Positions 9,999-20,710 of a stretch of DNA of 64,000 bases are shown piece after piece. The notes beneath the pieces are model-generated. The model was not told the DNA's origin. It searched no databases and saw only the letters and a list, made by a program, of their open reading frames with translations. The stretch lies in NCBI GenBank assembly GCA_965242695.1, contig CBDESU010000001.1, positions 64,001-128,000 on the forward strand, in the 5' to 3' direction. Both the position numbers and the translations under genes were made by a program. Origin of the DNA: Cenarchaeum sp. (GTDB lineage Archaea > Thermoproteota > Nitrososphaeria > Nitrososphaerales > Nitrosopumilaceae). Each line of letters opens with the position of its first letter. Position 1 is the first letter of the stretch.

Positions 9999-10664
9999 AT
10001 GGGCAAAAAGTCCTCGGCCAAGCGGGGCGGCAAGGGCGGCGGCGCCGCGCCAGCCGGGGGCCGCTCCTACCGCGATGCGCCGCACCGGACCGAGGCCGAG
10101 AGGCGCGAGAGCCACGCGGCCAAGCGCAGCAAGAGCAAGAGGCGCAACTACATGGTCGTGATCGGAGCGGCCGCCGCCGTGGCGGCCATCGTAGGGTGGT
10201 CTGCGTACACGTTCACCACCCTCCAGCCTGCCGTCTCGGGCATACCCCCGGGGGCGGGCCTGTACGGCGACGAGCACGAGCACGCCTCGATACTCGTCGT
10301 CATATTCGGCGACCGGTTCGACTTTTCAGGCCCGTCGTTCCAGATACAGAACCGCTGGATACACTTCGAGGCGCAGGACGGGACGACCATACACCGCCAC
10401 TCGTCGGGCGTGACTACGGGGTACCTCTTCGAGACGCTCGACATACGCGTCGACGAGGACTGCTACGTGTTCCCCGACGGCCGCGAGTTCTGCACCAACG
10501 AGGACTTTGAGCTGCGCTACTACGTCAACGGCGAGCAGGTCGACTCGGTCAACGACTACGTGTTCGGCGACCAGGACCGCATACTCGTGACGTACGGCAA
10601 CGAGACGCCCGAGGAGATCAACGAGTACCTGGCCGAGCTCAACGCGCAGCCGATAGTGGCCTAG
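9999..10664 (+). CDS. Conserved thaumarchaeal single-pass membrane protein
   Basis: Start MGKKSS after a TTAATTA box. Basic N-terminus, TM helix, then 'HEHAS...WIHFE...TIHRH...[11 protein letters not shown]' extracellular domain. Confidence 0.75.
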   Translation: MGKKSSAKRGGKGGGAAPAGGRSYRDAPHRTEAERRESHAAKRSKSKRRNYMVVIGAAAAVAAIVGWSAYTFTTLQPAVSGIPPGAGLYGDEHEHASILVVIFGDRFDFSGPSFQIQNRWIHFEAQDGTTIHRHSSGVTTGYLFETLDIRVDEDCYVFPDGREFCTNEDFELRYYVNGEQVDSVNDYVFGDQDRILVTYGNETPEEINEYLAELNAQPIVA

Positions 10665-10723
10665 CCGCGGCCGGCGCCGCCCCGGCAAAACCCAATATAC
10701 CGACCGGCCGGCGCGGCGGCGGC

Positions 10724-12511
10724 ATGCCGGAGGGAGCGGGCGGAAGCGGGGACCGCGGCGGGGACCGCGCGGGCCCAGCCATATCGAGCCGGAACGTCCT
10801 CGAGGGCGCCGAGCGCGCGCCGCATCGGGCCATGTACAAGGCCATGGGCCTCGACGATGCCGACCTGTCGCGGCCGCTCGTCGGCGTGTGCCACACGGGC
10901 AACGAGGCGACGCCGTGCAACGTGCACCTCGCCGGCCTGGCCGCCGAGGCCAAGCGCGGCGCGTCTGACGGCGGGGCCACGCCGCGCGAGTTCTCTACGA
11001 TTGCGGTGAGCGACGGGATTGCGATGGGCCACGAGGGCATGAAGTCCTCGCTCGTCTCGCGCGAGGTCATCGCCGACTCGATCGAGCTCATGGTCAGGGC
11101 GCACCAGTACGATGCGCTCGTCGGCATCGCCGGCTGCGACAAGTCGCTGCCGGGGACCATGATGGCCATGGCCCGCCTCGACGTGCCGTCCGTGTTCGTG
11201 TACGGCGGGACGATAATGCCCGGCGAGCTCGGCGGCCGCGAGCTTACCGTGGTGGACGTGTACGAGGCCGTCGGCGCGCACGCCTCGGGCGCCATCACGG
11301 CCGGCGACCTCCGCGACATAGAGAACGCGGCCTGCCCGGGGGCCGGATCGTGCGGCGGCATGTTCACGGCCAATACCATGGCGTCAATCTCGGAGGCCGT
11401 CGGGCTTGCGCTGCCCGGCAGCGCCTCGCCTCCAGCCGAGGACTCTAGGCGCCGCAGGGCCGTATACGATGCGGGCGCCGCGTGCGCGGCCCTGCTAGAG
11501 TCGGGCACGCGGCCGAGCGACATACTCTCGTTCGAGGCGTTTGAGAACGCGATCGCGATGCTAAACGCCGTCGGCGGCTCGACCAACGGCATACTGCACC
11601 TGCTCGCACTCGCCCGCGAGGCCGGCGTGCGCCTCACGTACGACGACTTTGAGAGGGTGCGCAAGCGCACGCCGCACATCGCCGACATGAAGCCGGGAGG
11701 GGGCTACGTCATGAGCGCGCTCGACAGGGCAGGCGGCATCCCGTACGTAATGGCCCGCCTGCATGCGGCGGGGCTGCTCCACGGCGAGTGCCTCACCGTC
11801 ACGGGGCGCACGCTCGCCGAGAACCTGGACGGCGCCGCGGCGGCCGCGGCCGCGGCATCGGGGGGATCCGCCGTGGCCGATGCCGGCGCGGCGGCATCCG
11901 CGCCTCCGGGGCGGATCGTGCGCCCCGTGTCGGACCCGATACACCGCACGGGGACGGCGGTCATACTCCGCGGCAGCCTCGCCCCGGACGGGGCCGTCAT
12001 CAAGACGGCCGGCGTCGAGATGGACAGGTTCGAGGGGCCGGCGCGCGTGTTCGACCGCGAGGAGGACGCCTTTGCCGAGGCCTCGCGCGGCGGGATATCG
12101 CCGGGCGACGTCGTCGTGATCCGGTACGAGGGCCCGCGCGGCGGCCCCGGAATGCGCGAGATGCTCGCCACGACGGCGGCCCTCGTCGGGCAGGGGCTCG
12201 GCAGGCGGGTGGCCATGGTGACGGACGGGCGGTTCTCGGGCGGCACGCGCGGGTTCATGGTGGGGCACGTCGCGCCGGAGGCGTTCGCCGGCGGGCCCAT
12301 CGCGCACGTGCGCGACGGCGACCGCGTGCGCATAGATGCCGCGTCGGGATCGATCGACCTGCTCGTCGATGCGGCCGAGCTTGCGGCGCGGGCGCGCGGC
12401 TGGGAGCAGCCAAGGCCGAACTACGCGTCCGGCGCCCTTGCAAAGTACGCGTCCCTTGTCGGCTCGGCCGCCGAGGGGGCCGTCACGAGGCCGGCCGCCG
12501 CCGCGGCATGA
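10724..12511 (+). CDS. ilvD: Dihydroxy-acid dehydratase
   Basis: Motifs [67 protein letters not shown]. Confidence 0.97.
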   Translation: MPEGAGGSGDRGGDRAGPAISSRNVLEGAERAPHRAMYKAMGLDDADLSRPLVGVCHTGNEATPCNVHLAGLAAEAKRGASDGGATPREFSTIAVSDGIAMGHEGMKSSLVSREVIADSIELMVRAHQYDALVGIAGCDKSLPGTMMAMARLDVPSVFVYGGTIMPGELGGRELTVVDVYEAVGAHASGAITAGDLRDIENAACPGAGSCGGMFTANTMASISEAVGLALPGSASPPAEDSRRRRAVYDAGAACAALLESGTRPSDILSFEAFENAIAMLNAVGGSTNGILHLLALAREAGVRLTYDDFERVRKRTPHIADMKPGGGYVMSALDRAGGIPYVMARLHAAGLLHGECLTVTGRTLAENLDGAAAAAAAASGGSAVADAGAAASAPPGRIVRPVSDPIHRTGTAVILRGSLAPDGAVIKTAGVEMDRFEGPARVFDREEDAFAEASRGGISPGDVVVIRYEGPRGGPGMREMLATTAALVGQGLGRRVAMVTDGRFSGGTRGFMVGHVAPEAFAGGPIAHVRDGDRVRIDAASGSIDLLVDAAELAARARGWEQPRPNYASGALAKYASLVGSAAEGAVTRPAAAAA

Positions 12512-12585
12512 CGCGGCCGCCCCTGGGCGCAGTGCGAAAATTCCGGCCGGAAAAGCGGCCGTGGGGGAAGGCTGCCGGACCCCTG

Positions 12586-12786
12586 TCATGCGTGCATGCT
12601 GCACCGCAGGACGGTGCGGCCGCTCGAGCTGTCCGCCGACAGCGAGTAGCCGTCCTCCAGGCCCCTGCCGCACACGTGGCAGGCGACCGGCTCGGCGCTT
12701 GTCATGAGGTATGCGGCCGAGCCGTCGGGCAGGAAGACGTCGTGGATGACGACGGGCCTGAGCATGTTCGATCTTCTGCTGCTCAT
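12586..12786 (-). CDS. Small putative zinc-binding protein
   Basis: CHVC...CSMH motif. Start MSSRR lies downstream of an AT-rich TATA-like element near 12810. Confidence 0.6.
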   Translation of the reverse strand: MSSRRSNMLRPVVIHDVFLPDGSAAYLMTSAEPVACHVCGRGLEDGYSLSADSSSGRTVLRCSMHA

Positions 12787-13168
12787 GGGCGGGCCGCCAC
12801 ACGGCCCCCTATTAAGCATACCGTACGCTTACAGGGCTTTATAGGGGCCATACGGCAGAGTATGGGTGCTTGACGTCCGTGTGACGCACGGCGCACGGGG
12901 CGATCGCCGGCGGCCCGGCCCTGCCGCCCGCCCGGGCACGACGTCGCGGCGCTTGCGCGGGCAGCCGGGATCCGACCATCGCGGCGCCCTGCGCCTGCTC
13001 GAACCGGCGGCCTTCCAGGCCGTGCCAGAAGTCGCTCCTGCGCGCCGCGCCGCCGGCCCTCGCAGCCAGCGCCTTGGATCGCCCTGGGCCGCATCTGGCG
13101 CTGGCCGGGCGCTTGGCCCGCTGGCCGGACGGGCCGGACGCCGCGCGCCGGCGCTGCGGGCGCCGGCG

Positions 13169-14956
13169 CTAGCGGCCGCCCTTCTTCCTACGACCCGCCC
13201 TGCCGGCCGCCGCCGCGGCCTTTCTCCACGCCGCGGCGGCCTTTTGCGCGTCGGGGTCGGCCTGCCCGCGCGCCGCCTCGCCGTCCGCCCATGCCGCCGA
13301 CCGCCTGGACGCGGCGGCCTCCATCCTCCGAATCTCGGACGACAGCCGCGCCGTCTCCCCCGCATGCTCTTCGGCCGCAGCCGACAGCATGCGCGCCTGC
13401 CCTGCATCCTCCCGCGCGCCTGCCTGCACCGACGGCAGCGCGTCGCGGTCGCCGTCCCACCTGTACCCTGCCGACGACCACCGGTCAGAACTCTCTGCCA
13501 GCCTGATTGCGTCCAGCAGCAGCGCCTTTGCCCAGTCGATTGCACTCGCCACAAGATCGGACGCGGTCAGCGCATAGCCGTGCGACCGTATGGACCGCTC
13601 CGTCATGGACGCGTCGTGATTTGGCTCCGCTGCCAGCCTGTACGCCTTCGCAGCCTCGAGCTGCTTTTTCCCGGCCGCATTGCTGAGATCGGCCGAGCGG
13701 CTGAACGCCCCGGCGGCCCGATCCGATGCCTTCGCGGCATCCATCAGCAACTCCCCCACGCGCCCCATCTCATCCGCGTCTACCGCGCCCTGCGCATCGA
13801 TCGACCGCCCGAACGCCTCCGCCGCCCGCCCCCTGGCATCGTCGGCCTCGGCCCCGGCCGCCCATCCCTTCCTGCGCTTTGCCCATGCCGCATGATCTCG
13901 AATCGATCCCTCCCACGCCATTGCATCGGCGGCCGCCTCCCAGAGTGCGGCCGCCGCCGGCTTTGTCCCGCCTGCTCCGCCTCCGAGCCGATCGATCTGC
14001 CGCTCTCCGCCGAGCCCCGCCGCGCCGCCCCGGCCGCCATGCTCTTCCGATCCGTCTTCGGCGGCGCGCCCGCCGGCGCTTCGTGCCCCCCGCATGCGGC
14101 CGGCAGCGGCGGCGCGCCCGCCGCCCGCCTCCGCCGCCCGGCTTTTCGGCCCCTCGCCCCTGTCAGCCCTGCCGGCCGATGCCGCGGCCTCCTTCCATGC
14201 CGCCACGGCCTCTTCCTCGTCGGGGCCGGCCCGCCCGCGCGACGCCGCCGCCCTCTCGGCCGCGCCCGCCGCCTTTTCGGCCACGGTCGCCGTCATGTCC
14301 CTCACCGCCTCTGCCGCCCTCTCCCCCTCCTTCGCGAGCTCGGCCATTTCAGCCGGCTTTGTGCGGTTGTGCCTAGCATTCTCCCACGAGCCGGCCAGCC
14401 AGGGCGCCTGGGCGGCCTGGCTGCCGCCCAGAATGGGCGTGTCGGGCGCCCGCTTGGCCGCGCCGGCCGCCAGCCGCTCGGCATCCAGCACGATCCCCTT
14501 CGCATCCTCGGCCACGGCCGCCGCCATCATGGCCTCCGTGCGCGCATTCTTGTGTGACTCTTCCGCCCATTCGCGCATCATCTGCGCCCGTTCCGCCTCC
14601 GCGGCCCGCCCGTGCGCCGCGGAAGACCTGGTTTTCGCATCCCCTGCCGCCTCTTTCATCTCCGACGCCCGCATGAACCCCCTGGCCGACTCCCTCATCG
14701 ACGCCGCGGCCTGCGACATTCCCCTCGCCGCCCGTTCCGCCGCGCCCGGGCCCGCGCCCGCCCGGCCCTGCGCATCGGCCGCGTTGCCGCCCGCATCCCC
14801 CGCCGCGTCGTCTGCAGCTGCCTTGGCCTCCCAGGCCGCCCTGCGCGCCCTCCATGCGGCATGCTCGTGTATGGACGCCTCCCACGCCATTGCCTCGCTT
14901 GCCGCCGCCCACCGCGCCGCGGCCGCCGAGGACGACGACGACAAAGCATCTCCCAT
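13169..14956 (-). CDS. Ala-rich alpha-helical hypothetical protein with internal duplication
   Basis: Two homologous halves beginning 'WAAASEAMAWEASIHEHAAW' and 'WEAAADAMAWEGSIRDHAAW', each ending 'AAAW(K/R)xAAA'. Confidence 0.7.
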   Translation of the reverse strand: MGDALSSSSSAAAARWAAASEAMAWEASIHEHAAWRARRAAWEAKAAADDAAGDAGGNAADAQGRAGAGPGAAERAARGMSQAAASMRESARGFMRASEMKEAAGDAKTRSSAAHGRAAEAERAQMMREWAEESHKNARTEAMMAAAVAEDAKGIVLDAERLAAGAAKRAPDTPILGGSQAAQAPWLAGSWENARHNRTKPAEMAELAKEGERAAEAVRDMTATVAEKAAGAAERAAASRGRAGPDEEEAVAAWKEAAASAGRADRGEGPKSRAAEAGGGRAAAAGRMRGARSAGGRAAEDGSEEHGGRGGAAGLGGERQIDRLGGGAGGTKPAAAALWEAAADAMAWEGSIRDHAAWAKRRKGWAAGAEADDARGRAAEAFGRSIDAQGAVDADEMGRVGELLMDAAKASDRAAGAFSRSADLSNAAGKKQLEAAKAYRLAAEPNHDASMTERSIRSHGYALTASDLVASAIDWAKALLLDAIRLAESSDRWSSAGYRWDGDRDALPSVQAGAREDAGQARMLSAAAEEHAGETARLSSEIRRMEAAASRRSAAWADGEAARGQADPDAQKAAAAWRKAAAAAGRAGRRKKGGR

Positions 14957-15073
14957 GCGGCGGCCTGCGCCGCATGGCCGCCTTTATGCCGTTCGGCCGG
15001 GCCCAGCCCGCGCCCCGGCCGCCGCCGGCCGCGCCGGGGCGCATGCCGGCGCGCCGCCGCCGGCCGCCCCGCC

Positions 15074-15706
15074 CTACCACGACGGCTCGTCGCGCATCAC
15101 GGCCCGGCCCGACTCGACGGCAAACCCCATGGCCTCGAGCGTCGCGCGGGCCGTCGGCGAGTTGCGATCGAGTATGTTCTGGGCAAGGCGCTCCCTGTGC
15201 TCCCTGCCCAGGTGCTGCCCTATCTTGTACTTGCCGCGCATGCTCTCGGGGGTGACGCGCATGATCGCGACGTGGTCGACGACGTCCATCTCGGGCCTTA
15301 TCGGCTCGTACCTGCCCTCGGGCTGGTACTTTGCCATGAGGGCGTTGAGCGCGGCGGCCTTTTCCTTCCTGTCATCGACTATGCTGCACAGCCCCTTTGC
15401 GACGACGCTCACGTACAGCGTGTCGGCGAGCGACGCGTCGGCCGGATCCTCAAAGTACGACGGCAAAAACTCCAGCTCACGGTCGACCTCGAAGCCGACG
15501 CGGGGGTTGCGCCTGGCGTTGTCGAGCTTTTCGCCCCTCGTGTGCGAGTGCATGTAGATCGACCCGCCCATGTAGGCAAAGTTCATCGGAATGACCTGCG
15601 GGTACCCGTCGGCGTCGATCGTCGCGATGCGCCCGACGTGCTCCGCATCGAGGAACTCGGCGATCCTCTCGGGCGACCTGATCTCGAGCCTGCCTGCAAG
15701 CTGCAC
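15074..15706 (-). CDS. Pyridoxamine 5'-phosphate oxidase family (NimA-like) flavin-binding protein
   Basis: 'VGRIAT...GYPQVIPMNF...IYMHS..GEKLDN...NPRVGFEV...YVSVVAKG' split-barrel signature. Confidence 0.85.
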   Translation of the reverse strand: MQLAGRLEIRSPERIAEFLDAEHVGRIATIDADGYPQVIPMNFAYMGGSIYMHSHTRGEKLDNARRNPRVGFEVDRELEFLPSYFEDPADASLADTLYVSVVAKGLCSIVDDRKEKAAALNALMAKYQPEGRYEPIRPEMDVVDHVAIMRVTPESMRGKYKIGQHLGREHRERLAQNILDRNSPTARATLEAMGFAVESGRAVMRDEPSW

Positions 15707-15758
15707 GCCCGTCCGGCCGCCCGCGCCGATATAAGCGCCGCGCCGCCGCCCGGCGCCC

Positions 15759-17021
15759 CTAGATGTAGTCCTTGCCCATGGCGCCCCTCAGGGCGCGCGG
15801 CACCTCTATGCGCCCGTCGCCCGTCTGGAAGTTCTCGATTATGGCCACCATGGTGCGCGTCGTGGCCACGACCGTGCTGTTGAGCGTGTGGACTAGCCCG
15901 GTCGGCACGTCGGGGCTGTCCCTGTACCTGACGGCGAGCCTCCTTGCCTGGTAGTCCAGGCAGTTCGAGCACGAGACGACCTCCCTGTACGCCCCCTGCG
16001 AGGCCATCCACGCCTCGATGTCGTACGTCTTGGCAGACACCTTGCCCATGTCGCCGCTAGAGAGGAGCACGACGCGGTGCGCCAGGCCGAGGCTCCTGTA
16101 GTACTCTTCGGCCGCCGACAGCATCCTCTCGTGCTCGGCCCACGACTCGTCGGGCCTTGCGAACACGAACTGCTCGACCTTGTCGAACTGGTGCACCCTG
16201 AATATGCCCTTCTGGTCGCGCCCGTGCGCGCCGGCCTCTTTGCGGAAGCACGGGCTCACGCCGGCGTACCTGACCGGCAGCGACTTGCCATCTAGTATCT
16301 CGCCTGCATGCATTGCGGCCATCGCGTGCTCGGACGTCCCGATCAGGTACAGGTCGTCGCCGTCTATCTTGTATATGACGTCCTCAAAGTCGTCGGCGAT
16401 TACGGCCCCGTCCATCGACCTCCTGTTGAGCATGTACGGGGGCTGGACGGGCTCGTACCCCCTTGCGGCGAGCATGTCGAGCGCGTGCGATATGAGGGCG
16501 TGGTTGAGGCGGACGAGGTCGCCCTTCAGGTAGTAGAAGCGCGCGCCGGCCGCCTTCGCGGCCCTCTCCAGGTCGACAAGGCCCCTCGACACGGACAGGT
16601 CGACGTGGTCGCGCGCCGGCGCGCCGCCTTCTGCACTGCCCCACCTCCGCACCTCGACGTTGGCCGAGTCGTCGGGGCCGACGGGCACCGACTCGTGCAG
16701 GACGTTGGGCATGGACCTTGCGAGCCGGTCGTACCCGGCCTCGGCAGCCCTCTTTTTTTCCTCGGCCGCATCGATGGCGGCCGACAACTCGCGCATCTGC
16801 CCGATCAGGCCGGCCGCCTCGGCGCCGCCCCCGGCCTTCTTGGCCCTCGAGATCGCCGCCGCAAGCTCGTTGCGCCGCCTCTTGAGGGACTCGGCAGCGC
16901 CGATCGACTCGACGCGGGCCGCATCGGCGCCTATCAGCGCGTCCAGGTCGTACGCCGACCCCCTCGCCGAGAGCATGTCCCTGAGGGGCCCCGGCTCGCC
17001 GAGAAGCTTGCGGTCGATCAC
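15759..17021 (-). CDS. serS: Seryl-tRNA synthetase
   Basis: N-terminal coiled coil plus YLIGTSE, CFRKEAGAHG, GIFRVHQFDKVEQF, EVVSCSNC, HTLNST. Confidence 0.98.
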   Translation of the reverse strand: MIDRKLLGEPGPLRDMLSARGSAYDLDALIGADAARVESIGAAESLKRRRNELAAAISRAKKAGGGAEAAGLIGQMRELSAAIDAAEEKKRAAEAGYDRLARSMPNVLHESVPVGPDDSANVEVRRWGSAEGGAPARDHVDLSVSRGLVDLERAAKAAGARFYYLKGDLVRLNHALISHALDMLAARGYEPVQPPYMLNRRSMDGAVIADDFEDVIYKIDGDDLYLIGTSEHAMAAMHAGEILDGKSLPVRYAGVSPCFRKEAGAHGRDQKGIFRVHQFDKVEQFVFARPDESWAEHERMLSAAEEYYRSLGLAHRVVLLSSGDMGKVSAKTYDIEAWMASQGAYREVVSCSNCLDYQARRLAVRYRDSPDVPTGLVHTLNSTVVATTRTMVAIIENFQTGDGRIEVPRALRGAMGKDYI

Positions 17022-17275
17022 CGCCGCGTCACCCCGAGGGCCACCTGCACGTGGCCTAGCACCTCGTCTATCGTGGATGCGAGCGACGAGACCCTTGCCG
17101 CGCCGCGCGACTCGAACTCTAGCGTCATGGACGTCTCGCCCGCGTCGATGCGCATCGACAGCCCCTCGGGGAACCCCGTGTTGTCGGGCTCGAGGGCGGC
17201 CGCGGCGGCGGCTGCCCCGCCCGGCGGCAGGTCACGAAGCACTATCGTCACCGTGCACCCTGGCGACATCTGCAT
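17018..17275 (-). CDS. pcc1: KEOPS complex subunit Pcc1
   Basis: 'ALEPDN..FPEGL...SSLASTIDEVL' motif; conserved position between the DHH gene and serS. Confidence 0.7.
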   Translation of the reverse strand: MQMSPGCTVTIVLRDLPPGGAAAAAAALEPDNTGFPEGLSMRIDAGETSMTLEFESRGAARVSSLASTIDEVLGHVQVALGVTRR

Positions 17276-18716
17276 CGAGGCGGTCGAGAAAGTCGTCCAA
17301 TTTGTCTCTTGGCACGCGCGCGCCTGCGGCCGCGTCGTGCCCGCCCCCGATGCCGCCGAACGCGGCGCCCGCATCCCTCATGAGCACCGCCAGGCTGACC
17401 GCGCCGGGCGCGCCGGGCGCGGCCCTTGCCGAGACCTTTGAGGTGCCCGCCTCGTCGCCGTCGGCCGTGAGGACGACGATCATCCCGGCGTTGCGCGGCG
17501 AGCCGGCGAGCAGCGACGCTATCGTGCCGGCCATCGACTCGGGGACGATGCCGGCCGCGTTGACCGTGAGGATGCGCCTGCCCCTCTGCGACCGCCCCCG
17601 CTCGCCGGCGATCCTGTCCATCTGCTCCCTTATGCGCCTGCGGTACTCGGCCAGGGACGCCTCGCCCTCGCGCAGCGCCGCTCCCCTGTCGCCCATGCAT
17701 ATGCATATCCCGACGCCGGCCCTGCCTATGCGCCCGCACGAGTTGAGCATGGTCGAGAACTCGCGCGCGTCCCTGAGGAAGCCGCGCTCGTCCTCGGCCG
17801 ACAGCGTGTACGTGTACCCGACGATCTGGTCGGCCGCCGCATCGGCGCCGCTCCCGCCGCCCTCTTCCCCGCCTTCGCCGGCGGCGGCGGGGGGCGGGGC
17901 CGATGCGGCCGCGCCGGCCGCGTACCTTGCGACGGCCTCGACGAGCATGCGCTTTTCCTCGTCGGTCAGCTCGGCGGCCACGCGCCACCTGCCGCCGTCC
18001 TTGAGCGGTATGCCGGCCGACGTGAGCAGCGCGGTGCACGCGCTGCGGTTCCACGTCAGCCCGCCTATGAACGGCCGCGACGTGAATGCGAGCGAGTCGG
18101 GCAGGGGCCGCGTCTGCCGGCCGACGAGGAGCAGGTCCATCTCTACCTCCAAGAGGCCTCGCTCGACGGCCGCGTCGCGTATCTTTGCGTTCCTGCCGGT
18201 CATCGAGCAGCGCTCGCCCGAGTCCTGCCTGTCGCCGAGGGCGGCCACGACGGCCGTCGCCGACAGGTCGGCGTTGCGCGGGTCGACGGCCTCGGCGGCC
18301 AGGTACGACATTCCGCCGCCGCACACCTCTGACCCGCCGTCGATGCCGAACCGCCACGCGTTGATCACCCTCTCGTTGTCCATCTCGTCCTCGGGTATCT
18401 GGTGGTGGTCGAGCACGACCCAGTCGCCGCCGAGCCGGGCGTCGAGCTCGCCGGCCATGCCGCCGCCCAGGTCGGATATGATGTGGAACCTTCCGGGGCC
18501 CCGACCGAGCGAGGCGACCGCCTTTGGCCCGAACTCCTTTACGGCCGACACCGTAAACGTTGCGCCGGCCCTGCCGAGGGCCCTTGCGAGTATCCCGCCG
18601 GACGCGATCCCGTCGCAGTCGATGTGCGTCGTCACGGCTATGGGGGTGCGCGAACGGACGCGGTCCGCCACGGCGTCGGCAAAGTACGACAGGCCCTGGT
18701 CGATGCTGGGAGCCAT
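17232..18716 (-). CDS. DHH family phosphoesterase (RecJ/Cdc45-like)
   Basis: HIDCDG, SDLG, LDHH and GGGHDAAAG motifs. Start ATG overlaps the rps15 stop. Confidence 0.92.
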   Translation of the reverse strand: MAPSIDQGLSYFADAVADRVRSRTPIAVTTHIDCDGIASGGILARALGRAGATFTVSAVKEFGPKAVASLGRGPGRFHIISDLGGGMAGELDARLGGDWVVLDHHQIPEDEMDNERVINAWRFGIDGGSEVCGGGMSYLAAEAVDPRNADLSATAVVAALGDRQDSGERCSMTGRNAKIRDAAVERGLLEVEMDLLLVGRQTRPLPDSLAFTSRPFIGGLTWNRSACTALLTSAGIPLKDGGRWRVAAELTDEEKRMLVEAVARYAAGAAASAPPPAAAGEGGEEGGGSGADAAADQIVGYTYTLSAEDERGFLRDAREFSTMLNSCGRIGRAGVGICICMGDRGAALREGEASLAEYRRRIREQMDRIAGERGRSQRGRRILTVNAAGIVPESMAGTIASLLAGSPRNAGMIVVLTADGDEAGTSKVSARAAPGAPGAVSLAVLMRDAGAAFGGIGGGHDAAAGARVPRDKLDDFLDRLDADVARVHGDDSAS

Positions 18717-19165
18717 TACTCGAGCTGCGCCACCACTGACTTGTACTTCCAGCCGGGCGGTATCCTGCCCGTCCTCTTGTAGTACACCGAGAGGCGGTGC
18801 ACCTTTGCCTCTATGAGCTCGAGCGACCTCACGTTGCGCCGGTCGCCCTTGTTGGCCCTGAGGTGCCTCTGCAGGCCGACGGCCTTCTTGACCATGTTGT
18901 CCAGGTCCTCGGGCATCTCGGGGCCTGCGCCGGCCTCGGCGAGTATCTCGCCCATGGTCATGCCGGCGACGGACTGGACGAGCGGGATCGCGTGCTGGTC
19001 GCGCAGCTTTACGCCGATCTGGCTCGGCGAGAGGCCCTCGCCGGCGTACCTTACGACGAGCGCCTTTGCCTCCTCGGGCGTCTGCTTGACCCATACGGGG
19101 GCGGCCGGCTTGACGGGCCTCGTCGAGTGCGACTTGCCGTGCCTGTGCGAGTGGAGCCTTCCCAC
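18716..19165 (-). CDS. rps15: 30S ribosomal protein S15 (uS15)
   Basis: 'GRLHSHRHGKSHSTRP...PSQIGVKLRDQHAIP...PEDL...LELIEAKVHRLSVYYK'. GTG start. Confidence 0.97.
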   Translation of the reverse strand: MGRLHSHRHGKSHSTRPVKPAAPVWVKQTPEEAKALVVRYAGEGLSPSQIGVKLRDQHAIPLVQSVAGMTMGEILAEAGAGPEMPEDLDNMVKKAVGLQRHLRANKGDRRNVRSLELIEAKVHRLSVYYKRTGRIPPGWKYKSVVAQLE

Positions 19166-19283
19166 GGCCGGGCCGCCGGGGGTTCCAAATTAAACGTTGC
19201 CTGCGGCCGCCCTGCCGCCCGCCGGCGCGGGGCGCCTTTTAAGGGCCGGCAAGGGTTAAATAGCCGCCCTAGCAAGCCCGGCC

Positions 19284-19613
19284 ATGCTTAGAGCAGTGCT
19301 CTTGGGCGGATTGTTTGCCGTTATCGGCGTTGGCAGCCTCGGGTTCATCGGGGTCGCCTATGCCGCGTACATGGGCAACGTCGGCGACCAGGGCCAGACG
19401 GGCCAGAACACGCTCGAGGAGACCCTCGAGCTTGCCAGGCGCCGGATAGATGCTGCCGAGTCCAACCCCTCTTCGGGCTCGGGGACGCCCTATCTTGACG
19501 CCAGCGGCGTGCTCGGCTCGTCTGCGATTGCGGGCGCCGTCTTTGGCGGCATTGCGGCCGCGCTCTTCTTCAGGTCCCGGACCGGCAAGTATGCCGCCCA
19601 GGGACGTGGGTGA
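19284..19613 (+). CDS. Small two-TM membrane protein
   Basis: TTAAATA box at ~19257. TM helices at both ends and 'GSGTPYLDASGV' linker. Confidence 0.75.
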   Translation: MLRAVLLGGLFAVIGVGSLGFIGVAYAAYMGNVGDQGQTGQNTLEETLELARRRIDAAESNPSSGSGTPYLDASGVLGSSAIAGAVFGGIAAALFFRSRTGKYAAQGRG

Positions 19614-19932
19614 GCAGGCCGACAGGCAGCCGACATTTTTCTATTTTAGGGGCGGCGGGGGGCGGTTGCCCCCTCCCCTGTCCGGCATGCCATGCCCGCA
19701 GCGCGCCTGGCGGCGCGCTGGCCGCCCCGGGGGGCCGGCGCGGGCCGCCTGACTGCGCGGCGCCGCCTTGGCGCCTGTGGAGCAGGGGGCCGGCGCCAAG
19801 CGACGCCTAGGCACTGCCTTGCCCGCGGCCGCGGGGATGGGGGCGGGGCTGCAGGGGGGCCTGCAGGCGCCCCGGCACCGCGCTGGGGCGCCTTGGGAAA
19901 TGTATATAACGCACATGTTGGGGCGCCCGCGC

Positions 19933-20202
19933 ATGACACCTATAGTGGGTGCATTCCTGAGCATCCTCTCGACGATGACGGGGCAGCTCGGCCCGAACTA
20001 TGATCCCCTGTTCTACGACGTCATGATCTACATCTTTGGGACCATCATGTTCACCGTCTTCCTGCTCGCCATCATCGCCTTCTGGCTGCGCGTACACGGC
20101 TGGGGCTACAAGGACAACCGCGAAAGGTGGATCGACGAGCTGGATCGGCACTTTGAGCGCGAGGGCATCGGCCTGATTCCGGACAACGGCAAGTACTGGT
20201 AG
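19933..20202 (+). CDS. Small membrane protein
   Basis: TATATAA at ~19903 ahead of ATG 19933. Hydrophobic segment 'VMIYIFGTIMFTVFLLAIIAFWL'. Confidence 0.7.
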   Translation: MTPIVGAFLSILSTMTGQLGPNYDPLFYDVMIYIFGTIMFTVFLLAIIAFWLRVHGWGYKDNRERWIDELDRHFEREGIGLIPDNGKYW

Positions 20203-20225
20203 GGCCATCTCACTATTTTCACTCT

Positions 20226-20246
20226 CCTATCCGCCATGCGGATAGG
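20226..20246. terminator. Perfect 9-bp hairpin downstream of small membrane gene
   Basis: CCTATCCGC-CAT-GCGGATAGG following a pyrimidine-rich run. Confidence 0.35.
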
Positions 20247-20710
20247 GGGCCCTGCGCGCGGCGCCGTGTCCGGCCCAGGCCCGACGGGGGAGGGGGGGGG
20301 GGGGCGCCCCTGGTGGCCCGCCGTCCGTGCCGCCGGGCTCCTGCGCGCGGCGCCGTGTCCGGCCCGCGCCAAGTGCGGCCGCCTGATCCCGTGGCATGTG
20401 CCATCCGGCCCTGCGCGCGGCCCGCCGTTCCCGTCCAACGGGATCGATCAGGGCGCCGCCGGCGGACGGCGCTGAGCAGGGGGCGCCTGCGCGGACCTGC
20501 AGCCTGCGCACCTACTTTGCGGCCCTGCGCGCGCCGCCTGCCTGCGGCCCGCAGCGTCCTGCGATCATCCACGGCGCAACGCCGCGGCCACGTTGCCTTG
20601 GCGAGGCCGACATGCTGGCGCCGAGTAGTCGGCCCCTGCGCGCGCCACTTGGGGGGGATGTCCTAGCGCGGATCGGCGGGCTTGATGCGCCCGCCTGCCC
20701 GCCTGCCGCC

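Noticed and set aside
12866-14557. 563-aa + strand ORF
   Set aside because: Low-complexity shadow of the - strand gene, which shows a coherent internal duplication.
18717-19094. N-terminal extension of the DHH ORF (620-aa version)
   Set aside because: Overlaps rps15 in another frame; the real start is the ATG at 18716.
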